Below, piece by piece: positions 49,600 to 59,512 of a stretch of DNA of 64,000 nt. Source of the stretch: an uncultured Candidatus Binatia bacterium (lineage in GTDB: Bacteria; Desulfobacterota; Binatia; Bin18); NCBI GenBank assembly GCA_965214605.1, contig OZ243961.1:1856001-1920000 (forward strand), given 5' to 3'. The position numbers and the translations under genes were made by a program. The notes beneath the pieces are model-generated. The model had not been told where the DNA came from. It made no database searches and saw only the letters and a program-made list of their open reading frames with translations. The stretch's first letter is position 1. Every line of letters begins with the position of its first letter.

Positions 49600-50817
49600 C
49601 TAGGTCAACACATCGCTGGCCCGTAAGGCCATGACCTCCTCAGCCGAGTATCCCAGGAGATTCTGTAGAACCGCATCGGTGTCTTGGCCCAGACACGGGG
49701 CTGACCGGCGGACCTGACAGGGCGTGTCGGAAAAGACCCAGGGCATACCGGCATGGCGACGCACACCAACCTCAGGGTGCTGATGCTCGGCAAAAAAGCC
49801 ACGCTCTTGTAGGTGCTGATCTTGGGCGAGATCTTTGTTGGTGAGGGCCGGAAAAGCCGCTACTCCGGCGGCCTGCAGGGTGTGGGTCACTTGTGTCTCC
49901 GTCCGCACTCGGGTCCACTCACTCATGACCGCTTCAAGCGCCTCCTCATTTTTTTTGCGATTGGCCAAGCTGGCAAAACGCGCATCGGCCGCCAGCTCTG
50001 GCCGACCCATACCCCGACACAGGCGCTGCCATTCGTCCTCGTTGGCCACGACAATACTCACCCAGCGGTCTTGCCCCTGGCACGGAAACAGCCCGTGCGG
50101 GGCCATGTACGCGTCTTGATTTCCGGTCCGGGGCGGGGGTTCTCCGTGCATCTGCTGGGCTATCAGCCCCTCGCCCAACAGGGTCACCGACGTCTCCCAC
50201 TGGGACAGATCAATATACTGCCCCTCTCCCGTTCGGGCCCGGTGCATGAGCGCGGCCAGAACGGCAAACGCCCCGTGCAAACCACCGTTCGGATCTCCGT
50301 ACGAGAAGCCCACATGCATGGGTGGAAATCCAGGAAACCCCGTCACCGATGACAAGCCACTCATCGGCACCTGGGCCGGGCCGTACGACACATACGCACT
50401 CTCCGGTCCGGTCGTCCCATAGCCCGACATGGAGATCATAATAATATCAGACTTTAACTGCTTGAGGACCTCATAGCCGAGGCCCATCTTGTTCATCACT
50501 CCGCCAGCAAAATTCTCGGCCACAATATCACTGGCCGCAACCAACTTCTTGGCGATCGCTATCCCCTCAGGCTTCTTTAAATTCAAACACACAGAGGCCT
50601 TGCCCTGATTATACTGGTTGTAATACCCGCTACGATTAGGGCCCGGCTCGCCATCGGCAAAGGGCGGAATACGACGGGTCACACACAGCCGACTCTCGGT
50701 CTCAATGCGAATGACCTCAGCGCCCAGATGAGCCAACTGCAGGGTCGCAAACGGGCCGGCCCAGACCCAGGTGAAGTCGGCAACGCGAATGCCGGATAGG
50801 GGAAGTTGATTGTCCAT
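49600..50817 (-). CDS. CoA-transferase family III (CaiB/BbsF-like)
   Basis: LSGIRVADF, AGP, LGAEVIRIE, NQGKAS, ENF, YGD, APCLGQDT. Confidence 0.93.
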   Translation of the reverse strand: MDNQLPLSGIRVADFTWVWAGPFATLQLAHLGAEVIRIETESRLCVTRRIPPFADGEPGPNRSGYYNQYNQGKASVCLNLKKPEGIAIAKKLVAASDIVAENFAGGVMNKMGLGYEVLKQLKSDIIMISMSGYGTTGPESAYVSYGPAQVPMSGLSSVTGFPGFPPMHVGFSYGDPNGGLHGAFAVLAALMHRARTGEGQYIDLSQWETSVTLLGEGLIAQQMHGEPPPRTGNQDAYMAPHGLFPCQGQDRWVSIVVANEDEWQRLCRGMGRPELAADARFASLANRKKNEEALEAVMSEWTRVRTETQVTHTLQAAGVAAFPALTNKDLAQDQHLQERGFFAEHQHPEVGVRRHAGMPWVFSDTPCQVRRSAPCLGQDTDAVLQNLLGYSAEEVMALRASDVLT

Positions 50818-50840
50818 TGTGATGTTCTCTTGATATCATA

Positions 50841-52055
50841 TTAGATGACGCTGCGTTCTTTTAGCCGATCCAACTCCGCCTGCTCCAGACCTAAGCGCCT
50901 GCCAAACACCTCGGCGTTATGCTGTCCTAGGCACGGGGCCGGACGGCTTAGCGCCCACGGTGAAGCAGAGAACTGATACGGGGCACCAGGGTAGCGGAGC
51001 AATCCCGCTTCAGGATGACCGATGGTGGCAAAAAAGCCGCGCGCATTCAGGTGTGGGGAGTCCAAGAGATCGCCCATTGTTGAGACAGGGGCAAACGGGA
51101 CGCGCCTGGCCTGGGCGGCATGATAGGTTTCCTGGACCGACTTATCCTGCAGGTAGTCTTCAAGCAAGGGCTTCAACGCATCCCAGTTGGCCGACCGTGA
51201 GGGGAAGTCCTGAAACAAATCCATCGACGCCCACTCAGGGTTGCCCATGAGATCCATCGCTCCATTCCATTGGTGATCTTCAATGGCCAAGACGTAGATA
51301 TAGCCGTCGCGGCACGGCAAAACGTCCTGCGGAATGAGACGAAAGCCGAGACGTGAGGCCACACTGCCGTCATATGGCCAGGAGATATAATTGTTCTCCA
51401 TAATAGCAACCAGACACTCCTGCACGGACACATCGATGTGTTGTCCCTGCCCACTCGTAACACGTCTAAACAGCGCGCCAAGAGAGCCAATCGCAGCGTT
51501 TACCCCAGCCTGCAACCCGGCTTGCTGGCCGAACGCTTTCAGCGGCGGGAGATCTTCTCGCCCCGAGGCGCCGCTCAGATAAACAATACCGCCCGCACTC
51601 CACATAGTCAGATCGTGGGCGTGATAGTCCCGGTTGGGGCCGGTCTGGCCAAATGGAGAGATTGAGGTCATGACCAAGCCAGGATTCAGCTTGTGGACTT
51701 CTTCATAGTCCAAGCCACGCGCCGCCATATGCGGCGGCGGATAATTATGGACGAGCAGATCGGCCTCTTGCACCAGGCCTCGGAACAGCTCTTGCCCCCT
51801 GTCGTCGAGCAAGTCGAGCGTGACTCCAAGCTTGTTGGTGTTCAGATATAGGAACAGGCCACTCTTTTCCAGATGGGCACTATTGCCAGGATAGGGCCCC
51901 CGCCGTCGGGCGTCATCGCCGCCGGGCTCTTCTACCTTGATCACTTCAGCGCCAAGGTCGGCCATCAGCTTTGCGGCATACGCCGCACCGACCATATGAC
52001 CACACTCAACAACACGAATCCCCTCCAGAGGACCTACGGAAATCTCGGCGACCAT
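50841..52055 (-). CDS. CoA-transferase family III (BbsE-like partner)
   Basis: LEGIRVVE, DLGAEVIKVE, LNTNKLGVTLD, APCLGQHN; catalytic-Asp region appears replaced (QAG). Confidence 0.9.
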   Translation of the reverse strand: MVAEISVGPLEGIRVVECGHMVGAAYAAKLMADLGAEVIKVEEPGGDDARRRGPYPGNSAHLEKSGLFLYLNTNKLGVTLDLLDDRGQELFRGLVQEADLLVHNYPPPHMAARGLDYEEVHKLNPGLVMTSISPFGQTGPNRDYHAHDLTMWSAGGIVYLSGASGREDLPPLKAFGQQAGLQAGVNAAIGSLGALFRRVTSGQGQHIDVSVQECLVAIMENNYISWPYDGSVASRLGFRLIPQDVLPCRDGYIYVLAIEDHQWNGAMDLMGNPEWASMDLFQDFPSRSANWDALKPLLEDYLQDKSVQETYHAAQARRVPFAPVSTMGDLLDSPHLNARGFFATIGHPEAGLLRYPGAPYQFSASPWALSRPAPCLGQHNAEVFGRRLGLEQAELDRLKERSVI

Positions 52056-52155
52056 GGGTGTCCTTTGCTTTGACTCAGATACAGATCATCTGATACTAGA
52101 CAACCAACTTATGGCCCGCAAGGGCACGCTCTTACATCTTGAAGGAGGAGAGAGC

Positions 52156-52530
52156 ATGGCAGAATCAGAACGCTACCAAAAAGGCGCCGCCAAAATGAAA
52201 GAGCTGTTTGGCGCGGAACCACGACCGGGCATGATGCAAGAGGACTTTCTGAACATCACGGTCGAGAATCTGTTTGGTGATATCTGGGGCCGGCCGGGAC
52301 TCGAAACCCGCGAGCGCTCAATGATCACGGTCGCTGCGCTAACCGTCCTCTCCCGCAGCCCGGAACTCAAGGCTCATATTCGGGGAGCCCTCAATATCGG
52401 CATCAGCCGCGAGAAAATTCAAGAGATCATGATTCATCTGGCCCACTACGGCGGCTGGCCGGTCGGGGTGAACGGTCTGCGGATTGCGCAAGAGGTGTTT
52501 GACTCAATCGATAAAAAGGATGCCGGTTAG
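52156..52530 (+). CDS. Carboxymuconolactone decarboxylase family protein
   Basis: FGDIWGRPGL..RERSMITVAAL, HIRGALNIG, YGGWP; AGGAGG RBS. Confidence 0.9.
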   Translation: MAESERYQKGAAKMKELFGAEPRPGMMQEDFLNITVENLFGDIWGRPGLETRERSMITVAALTVLSRSPELKAHIRGALNIGISREKIQEIMIHLAHYGGWPVGVNGLRIAQEVFDSIDKKDAG

Positions 52531-52544
52531 GACTGGAGACGCTG

Positions 52545-52612
52545 TCCCCCTCCCCCCTGAAGGGGTCGGGGGGAGGGCTGCCCTCTGTCTTATCCTCCCC
52601 GAGATGAGGGAA
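52545..52612. repeat. REP-like palindrome / possible bidirectional terminator
   Basis: CCCCCTCCCCCCTGAAGGGGTCGGGGGGAGGG between convergent genes. Confidence 0.45.
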
Positions 52613-52622
52613 CTCCTCACCT

Positions 52623-53630
52623 CTAGAGGTGGATGAGACGTCGGTAGGCGTCCAGCATGGACGATTGGCCGCTGGCTGAGTAAAACACATTGACACAGAT
52701 GACCTCATCGACGACGTCCTCGTAGTCGGCCAAACGTTTGCGCGCCTCGTCTGCCGTCCCGGCAATCGTCAAACGATCAACTGCCTCGTCGGGGATTGCC
52801 TCGACCGCCCGCTCAAGCTTATTCTCGGGGACGTACCGCCGGGCCGCATCGGCCGCAGCCGAAAAGCCGTGTTCACGCAGCATGTAGTCATAGTAGGGGT
52901 GCGGCAGAGGCGCAAAGAGGCGACAAATAGCTTCGCGGGCAGCCTGCCGCGCCTGCTCGCGGTCATCGTCAATCGCGACCATCGCCCCCATCAGAAAGCC
53001 CAGCTGGCGGGGATCACGTCCGGCCTCTTCAGCCGCCGTCCTCGCGGCCGGTTGAATCACCTCCCGCGCATACTCGGCGGACAGGATGGCGCCGAGAGCC
53101 AGGCCGTCCGCCACCCGACCGGCGACCTTGACCATGCGGGGAAAAACTGCCGACAGATAGATGGGCACATTGTCCCGGAGCGGCGTGACAGCCGGCACCC
53201 AGTTCATACGATGGATCTCTCCCTCGTATAAGACCCGCTCGCCGGCCTTGGTGTGGAAAATTTGGCGGAGCAATTCCACGTACTCTGTCATCTTTTGGTA
53301 CGGGCGTTCGTGCGGCACCCCCTGCCAGTCGGCATTGATGAAACGGTTTCCGCTCCCAACCCCAAGCACTAGCCGACCGCCGGATAACTCGTCGACATCC
53401 ACCGCGCTCATCCCGGTAATAAACGGGCTGCGGCCATACGCGTTAAGGACATACGTGCCGAGCCGCACCCGTTCGGTTGACAGCGCCAGAGCAGTGAGAG
53501 GTACAAAGGCGCTCCGCCACGCCTCGGTGACATACAGCGAATCAAGCCCCGCGGCCTCGGCTTCCTGGGCGATCCGAATCATGTCCTGTTGAGCCATCCC
53601 ACCGCCGGGAAAAATCAGTCCCCGTCGCAT
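52623..53630 (-). CDS. LLM-class (Mer/F420-like) oxidoreductase
   Basis: AEAAGLDSLYVTE, TERVRLGT, LSGGRLVLGVGSG, AGRVADG; start MRRGL. Confidence 0.88.
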   Translation of the reverse strand: MRRGLIFPGGGMAQQDMIRIAQEAEAAGLDSLYVTEAWRSAFVPLTALALSTERVRLGTYVLNAYGRSPFITGMSAVDVDELSGGRLVLGVGSGNRFINADWQGVPHERPYQKMTEYVELLRQIFHTKAGERVLYEGEIHRMNWVPAVTPLRDNVPIYLSAVFPRMVKVAGRVADGLALGAILSAEYAREVIQPAARTAAEEAGRDPRQLGFLMGAMVAIDDDREQARQAAREAICRLFAPLPHPYYDYMLREHGFSAAADAARRYVPENKLERAVEAIPDEAVDRLTIAGTADEARKRLADYEDVVDEVICVNVFYSASGQSSMLDAYRRLIHL

Positions 53631-53658
53631 AGGCTTCTCCTCCTTCAGTCCGAGCGGT

Positions 53659-54540
53659 TTAGGGACGCAACACCACGAGCCCGTCCCGTACGGCAGGGCC
53701 GCCGTCCTCGGTTCGGACCTCAAAGTGAATCGCCTCGCCGTGCGGGGTAGTTTGACGCGACAGAATACGAACAGTGACCTCTGAGGGCATCAGCACCATC
53801 GCCCCAAACCGACACGCCACGCGTTTGACTCGCTCGGGTCTGTTCGCGATTTCTAGCTCAAGCACACGCGATACTCCTATCGCCAAGGTCGCCGTGCCAT
53901 GCAGAATAATCGCCGGCAGTCCCGCCGCGGTGGCAACCTCCACGTCGGTATGGACCGGGTTCCAGATGCGCGCGCACTCAGTATAGACATGGGCGGCTCC
54001 AGGAGCAATTGGGACTGACACTTCGGCCCGTATCGCACCGTCGTTGCTGGGGGCAGGAATGGGGGCGGGAAGATCTCGCGCCCCACGGTCCGGACCACGG
54101 ACCTCAACCCCACGATAAATTGCCCCCTGCCAGGTGGAACTCACCAATTCGCCCTTGGCGTTTGTCGTGTCCAGGCGGAGGATTTGATAGGCTCCGGGTC
54201 TGCGTTTCTCGACCCCAACAATCGTGGCCCGGGTGGTAAGCCTATCTCCGGCTCGGATAGGACGGTGGATCACCAGCTCATGGGTAGCGTGGACCGCCCG
54301 CATATGCTCCTCTTGGCTCAGCGAAGCGTTGACCGGATGATGACGCATAGCCACAATGACCGGCCACTCCACACATACCGGAAACACAGGATGCGCAAGC
54401 ACACCCTCGGGGCGCAAGGTATCAAGGTAACACGGCAAGCTATCCCCAATGCCGGCAGCGTAAGCCATCACCCAGCGAGCGTCGACTTCATGTACAGCAG
54501 ACTCGCCCGAACTTCCAACACTGTCTGAACTGAGTGGCAT
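53659..54540 (-). CDS. MaoC-family double hot-dog (R)-enoyl-CoA hydratase
   Basis: MAYAAGIG, VHATH, WNPVHTD...AGLPAIILHGTAT; start MPLSS at 54540. Confidence 0.85.
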   Translation of the reverse strand: MPLSSDSVGSSGESAVHEVDARWVMAYAAGIGDSLPCYLDTLRPEGVLAHPVFPVCVEWPVIVAMRHHPVNASLSQEEHMRAVHATHELVIHRPIRAGDRLTTRATIVGVEKRRPGAYQILRLDTTNAKGELVSSTWQGAIYRGVEVRGPDRGARDLPAPIPAPSNDGAIRAEVSVPIAPGAAHVYTECARIWNPVHTDVEVATAAGLPAIILHGTATLAIGVSRVLELEIANRPERVKRVACRFGAMVLMPSEVTVRILSRQTTPHGEAIHFEVRTEDGGPAVRDGLVVLRP

Positions 54541-54684
54541 GCTTTCCTCCTCACGTCTACGGCAAGCTAAGCTCGTACTGGCCTGGTACAACAAACTGCC
54601 TGCTCCTGCAAGCTGTTTGCGTCTCATCCGTGTCTCGGGGTAAAAAAGTCCAGTACCGAGGCGATCTACACGGGGAGAACGGCA

Positions 54685-55665
54685 ATGCGATACATCATCT
54701 ATGGAGCCGGGGGGATTGGCGGGGGGATTGGCGCCCAACTGTTCCAGCACGGTCACCAGGTCATCCTAATCTGTCGTGGAGACCACCTCGCTGCCATCCA
54801 ACGCCAGGGCCTGACCCTCAAGACCCCACACGGAAGCCCGACTCTCAACATCCCGGCCGTCGGCCATCCGTCACAGATCCGCTTTCGCGATCACGATATT
54901 GTTCTGCTGAGCATGAAATCCCAAGATACGGAACAGGCCCTGCGCGATCTGTACCAGGTCGCCAACGACACGCTTCCCGTCGTGTGTGCCCAAAACGGTG
55001 TCGATAACGAGCGCATGGCTGCCCGGCGATTTCAACACGTGTACGGCATGGTCGTATGGATGCCCGGAACCTATCTCGAGCCTGGTGTGGTGCTCAATCA
55101 TGCAGTGCCAGTCGGTGGCATTCTTGATGCCGGCCGCTACCCCAGCGGCGTTGATGAACTCATCACTCAGGTGACTGCCGATCTGACCCAGAGTGGCTTT
55201 AGTGCCCACCCTGAGTCCGATATTATGCGCTGGAAGTATACGAAACTGCTGTCCAATATTCGCAATGCCCTGCAGGCTGTGTGCGGGGTCGATGCCCGCT
55301 CCACAGAGTTTGGGCGGGCGGTCCGGGCAGAGACCCGGGCGTGTTATGAGGCGGCCGGCATTGCCTTCGCCCCTGAAGAGGAGTTCCAAACGCGTGTACG
55401 CACCCAGCTCAAGCTGGCCGAGATTGAGGGCCAGGTGCGCCAGGGCGGCTCGTCGTGGCAGAGTCTCAAACGTGGCCTGGCAACAATTGAGACCGATTTT
55501 CTGAACGGCGAGATTGTGCTCCTCGGTCAGCTGCATGGCGTCCCCACGCCCTATAACCGGGTCCTCCAACGAGTGGCCAACCATATGGCAGCGCTCGGCA
55601 AAGCACCCGGCAGCTACAGCGTTGAAGAATTGCAAAAGCTGGTCGAGGCGGAACGCGCGGGCTGA
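54685..55665 (+). CDS. Ketopantoate reductase family (PanE/ApbA)
   Basis: GAGGIGG, QNGV, WKYTKLLSN, SSWQS, ETDFLNGEIV, VPTPYN. Confidence 0.88.
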   Translation: MRYIIYGAGGIGGGIGAQLFQHGHQVILICRGDHLAAIQRQGLTLKTPHGSPTLNIPAVGHPSQIRFRDHDIVLLSMKSQDTEQALRDLYQVANDTLPVVCAQNGVDNERMAARRFQHVYGMVVWMPGTYLEPGVVLNHAVPVGGILDAGRYPSGVDELITQVTADLTQSGFSAHPESDIMRWKYTKLLSNIRNALQAVCGVDARSTEFGRAVRAETRACYEAAGIAFAPEEEFQTRVRTQLKLAEIEGQVRQGGSSWQSLKRGLATIETDFLNGEIVLLGQLHGVPTPYNRVLQRVANHMAALGKAPGSYSVEELQKLVEAERAG

Positions 55666-55728
55666 AGATCATACGCGCTCCCCGGTCAGAGCCTTTCGGT
55701 TCTGTCTGAATCGGTTATACTGGGGCCT

Positions 55729-57429
55729 ATGTTTTTTCCTTTTGTTGCAAGCCTGCCGGACTGGATAGAGTATATTGAGGGCAAAGCACCCATCGTGCTG
55801 GTGGCCCCACACGGCGGACGCAGGCCGAGTAACGCGCCAATCCGGGACAGCATCAAGGTCAATGATCTGCATACTGCTACGCTCACCCGGCAGTTAGCCT
55901 CCCGAACGGGTGGCTATGCTCTCATTAACCAGTCGCTCGATCGCAACGAAATTGATCTCAATCGGGTCAGCCAGGTGCGCACCGATGCCCCATGGTTTCC
56001 CGATGCACTACTCGAGCTCATGTCCCATTTGGTGGCCCGGCACGGTACGGCCAAGGTGTTTTTTGTGCACGGCTGGAATGTGGTCCAGCCGGTGTGCGAC
56101 CTGGGGGTTGGCTTGAAACAACATGGGACCCGCCTCGTACCCGCTGGCAAGGGCGCGCCAACCATTGGAGCCGCCTTTTTGTCTGAAGAATTGCTGCCGT
56201 TTCAGACCGCCGGGATGGCTGCCGGGCTCGACGTGTCGCTCGGCCGCCGCTACCCAGCTGCCGCAAAAAACAACTTTATGCAGGTCTTTAGCCCCCGTTT
56301 TGCCGAGGATGAATCGTTTCCGATTCGAACCCTGGCAGAGCTGTCAAGCCAGGAAAAGATTCACGCCGTCCAACTCGAACTGGGCGTGGGGCTCCGCTGG
56401 CCTGGTCCTGATCGGGAGCGGTTTATCGATCTCTTCTGTCGGACTTTAGGTCAAGCGTCCAAGCCCCTACCGCAGCACGGCCGCGATTTTTCTCACTTGA
56501 GCCTCGCCGGCTCGGATGTCTCCACCGGTCGAGACGGCGCGTTTCTGCCTGTTCATCACGACTCGCAACCGAGCCGTATAAGCCTCCATTTCCACGATCC
56601 GGTTAGCAGCTTAGGCCTGATGGGCGGGATTGAATTCGACACCAACGCGTCTACCCACTCGGGACGGCTGCTGTTATCGCTAGGTGGTACCGAGATGATG
56701 CTGTTTACCGGAGAGGACGAGGCCAGCCCACACCCCAACCAAGTCCGTATTGGTGGCTATATCTGGCAGCGTAACGCCGACGGCCTGTCAATCTCGTACC
56801 GTGGCACGGCCATGCGTTTTTCACACCCGCAGGCGTTTATCCGCTTAGAGGACGGATTGGCTGCCTCCCGGATTGAACCGGTTGAAATGCAGCTCCAACT
56901 GGTTATCCCCCACCCCTCAATCCTGCCACCCGCTCCAATCTACCTCGCCCGCCTGTACGGTGAAATCCGTTTGCGCAACCGCACAGCCACAATTGACGCC
57001 TGGGGTTTCATGGATATGTTGCGTCCCGAGGAAGCCGGCCGCCTGCTCCCCCGCCAGCTCGTCTCGCTACCGTTTGGTCCAGATTTGGGAATCTTTCTGG
57101 CCCGGACTGAGCTTCCAGAAGGAGCGCGGTCGACTGGGGTACTCTACGCCCACGGCAGGCCCTATCCGGTGCGCCCCACCGACTGGAACCTGGACTATGT
57201 CCACGACCATGGCCGTCCGGTCACCTTTAATCTCTTCCTCAATCCAGACCTGCCGGATTTCTCCCTCAGCCTGAGCTGCCGCGGAAAAACCACGACGGCT
57301 ATTCCGGTGGTCCGGCACGTGGCCCAGGGCCGAGCGTTGACCGTGACGTTTGGGTTAGCCAAGACCTCCTGGCAGGGTCGCCAGGCCCGTGGCGTGTATG
57401 AATTTTCAGAGTTTCTAAAAACCCCCTAA
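55729..57429 (+). CDS. Two-domain hypothetical: Zn-amidohydrolase-like N-terminus plus beta-rich C-terminus
   Basis: PIVLVAPHGG, NDLHT, DLNR, VHGW, HAVQLELG resemble the N-formylglutamate amidohydrolase fold; C-terminal half ends RGVYEFS. Confidence 0.65.
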   Translation: MFFPFVASLPDWIEYIEGKAPIVLVAPHGGRRPSNAPIRDSIKVNDLHTATLTRQLASRTGGYALINQSLDRNEIDLNRVSQVRTDAPWFPDALLELMSHLVARHGTAKVFFVHGWNVVQPVCDLGVGLKQHGTRLVPAGKGAPTIGAAFLSEELLPFQTAGMAAGLDVSLGRRYPAAAKNNFMQVFSPRFAEDESFPIRTLAELSSQEKIHAVQLELGVGLRWPGPDRERFIDLFCRTLGQASKPLPQHGRDFSHLSLAGSDVSTGRDGAFLPVHHDSQPSRISLHFHDPVSSLGLMGGIEFDTNASTHSGRLLLSLGGTEMMLFTGEDEASPHPNQVRIGGYIWQRNADGLSISYRGTAMRFSHPQAFIRLEDGLAASRIEPVEMQLQLVIPHPSILPPAPIYLARLYGEIRLRNRTATIDAWGFMDMLRPEEAGRLLPRQLVSLPFGPDLGIFLARTELPEGARSTGVLYAHGRPYPVRPTDWNLDYVHDHGRPVTFNLFLNPDLPDFSLSLSCRGKTTTAIPVVRHVAQGRALTVTFGLAKTSWQGRQARGVYEFSEFLKTP

Positions 57430-57464
57430 AAAAACCTCCCCCCTCTATCGCGCGGCGACGGCGG

Positions 57465-58385
57465 CTATCGCGCTTCAAGCGCAGGAAGACGGAGCTGGCG
57501 AACGACTTCTCCAGACCGTCCAAGCGGTGGCAGCCGAGTACCGTCAAAGGTCAGCTCAACGCCCCCCGCATTGCCAACCGTCAAGGTAAAATTCTTCTTC
57601 GCTTCCCATCGCACCTGTTCGTTTGGTTGAAGCAGGACCTCTTGGGGGAGATCTTTATCAATCACGACACGTAACCAGGTTTTTTCCAGCGCCTCTATGT
57701 GAAGCTGATGGACTCCGGGGGAGACTTGTGAAATCTGACTGTCCTGCGGGCGTGATGGAAGTGCATCGGTCGGAGGCAAAGAAGGTCCCGGAGCCGATTC
57801 CGGCGGCTGCCCCTCGTCTTCCTGTTCAATGGAGAGCGAGGCTGTCTGAGTGTCCTCGCTGTGTGTCGTTGCCGGCTCAACCGCCGGCTCCTGTGGCTCG
57901 GCCTCAACCGGCTCTCTTACCACCCCCTGTTGTACATTATCCGGCAGCTCAGCGAGTGGGACAGGCGCGGTGTCCTGCGGCTGCCAGAGTGGCCACCAGG
58001 CGCGCAGATCAGCTGACCGTATGAAAAACGAGAGGCCAACCAAGCTGCCCACGAATAGCATCAGCGGAATAATCCAGGCAGAAAACCGGGCGGGACTAAG
58101 AGGGCTGTCAGGTGGCTTTTTGACCCTAACAGCTTCGCTCTTTTGCAATTCTATCATGAATTGTCGTACCACAGTATTAGGATCGAGTCCCAGATAGGTG
58201 ACGTAGGCTCGCAGAAATGGGATGAGATACGTTGGGTCGGTCGGCAGACGGTCGCCCCCCTCCAAGGCTTGGAGGTAGTGTACGGGGATGTTCAGCGCCT
58301 CGGCTGCGTCTCGTACAGAGATACCGTGATGCTCCCGGGTCTGCCTGAGCAGCATAGCAACTGACTTAATCGCCTGTCCATCCAT
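57465..58385 (-). CDS. rodZ: RodZ-like HTH / DUF4115 protein
   Basis: LRQTRE..GIS, YLQALE, FLRAYVTYLGLD, TM, WLRVVID, VGNAGGV, LGRSGEV. Confidence 0.88.
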   Translation of the reverse strand: MDGQAIKSVAMLLRQTREHHGISVRDAAEALNIPVHYLQALEGGDRLPTDPTYLIPFLRAYVTYLGLDPNTVVRQFMIELQKSEAVRVKKPPDSPLSPARFSAWIIPLMLFVGSLVGLSFFIRSADLRAWWPLWQPQDTAPVPLAELPDNVQQGVVREPVEAEPQEPAVEPATTHSEDTQTASLSIEQEDEGQPPESAPGPSLPPTDALPSRPQDSQISQVSPGVHQLHIEALEKTWLRVVIDKDLPQEVLLQPNEQVRWEAKKNFTLTVGNAGGVELTFDGTRLPPLGRSGEVVRQLRLPALEAR

Positions 58386-58446
58386 AGTTGCTCTTCTCTC
58401 GTCTACGAGGACACCTGCCTTCGGTGCAGAGTCACCTCAGAGCACT

Positions 58447-59385
58447 TCATACCAAACCTTCGAGCGTTCGGTTGGTCTGCTCAGCGTTCTCCTTTGGCCT
58501 CTGGGCTGTCTTTTCCTGTAAAAAATCGAGGAACTCCTGCACAGCAGGCGTAAACTGCCGCCCCCGTTTAGAAATAATACCAAGCGGCCGGGTCAGGACC
58601 TCATCGCGAATCTGCACCGCAACCAGAGTTGCATTCTTCACTTCTTGGCCAATTGCCGGCTCCGGCACGATGGACACCCCAGCCTCAATCTCGACCCCGC
58701 GCTTAATGGTCTCAATATTGTCCATCTCCATCACATACCGCACCTTGACGCCATTACGCCGGAAGATGCGGTCCAAGGCCCGTCGGGTGGCAATATCACG
58801 CTCAAAGCCAACGAATTTTTCGGTATTGAGCTGCGTAATCGACATCTCGGACAATGCCGCAAACGGATGCTGTGGGGCACAGATCAGCACGAGTCGGTCT
58901 TCGCGAAAGGGAGTGACGAGAATCTGTGGGCGTTTGCTGGGATAGGCGACAATACCGAGATCGACATCCCCACGGCTCACCTCATCATAGATTTTATTGG
59001 CCCGGGTATATTCGAGATGAATGTTGACCTCAGGAAAAGCCTGGAGGTAGCGTTTAAGCGGGGAGGACAGTTCGTACAGGCCGACACTATACACCGTTGC
59101 GACCCGGACCGTGCCAGCCACCGAGTGCGACAGGCTGTGTAAACTGTCCTCTATCTCCCGATATTTTTGAATAATCTCCTTGCCGACCTCGTATAATACC
59201 TGGCCAGCCTGGGTGAGCCGGACATTCCCTTTTGAACGCTCAACCAACTCTCGGCCGTAGCGCTCCTCAAGACTCCGGATCTGCTGACTGACCGCAGACT
59301 GGGTCACAAAATTCTTTGAGGCCGCCAGCGAGAAGCTCCCCGTCTCGGCCAGATCACAAAAAACCCTGAGAGTTTCAATATGCAT
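58447..59385 (-). CDS. LysR-family transcriptional regulator
   Basis: GSFSLAA...TQSAVSQQIRSLEE, LTQAG, ETIKRGVE...GVSIVP. Confidence 0.95.
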   Translation of the reverse strand: MHIETLRVFCDLAETGSFSLAASKNFVTQSAVSQQIRSLEERYGRELVERSKGNVRLTQAGQVLYEVGKEIIQKYREIEDSLHSLSHSVAGTVRVATVYSVGLYELSSPLKRYLQAFPEVNIHLEYTRANKIYDEVSRGDVDLGIVAYPSKRPQILVTPFREDRLVLICAPQHPFAALSEMSITQLNTEKFVGFERDIATRRALDRIFRRNGVKVRYVMEMDNIETIKRGVEIEAGVSIVPEPAIGQEVKNATLVAVQIRDEVLTRPLGIISKRGRQFTPAVQEFLDFLQEKTAQRPKENAEQTNRTLEGLV

Positions 59386-59450
59386 GTTTCTAATAATGTT
59401 ATAAAGGTTTTTTCACTTTACTTATAGCTCAGATTTCGTTATCCTGCCAG
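59386..59450. promoter_or_regulatory. AT-rich divergent promoter with LysR-type T-N11-A site
   Basis: TAATAATGTTATA and ATAAAGGTTTTTTCACTTTACTTAT in a GC-rich background, directly upstream of the LysR start. Confidence 0.45.
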
Positions 59451-59512
59451 GCTCATACACGGACAGTGGGGTGCAGCTCTTCGCTCGTAGCGCTGTGGTA
59501 AGGAGAGGAATT

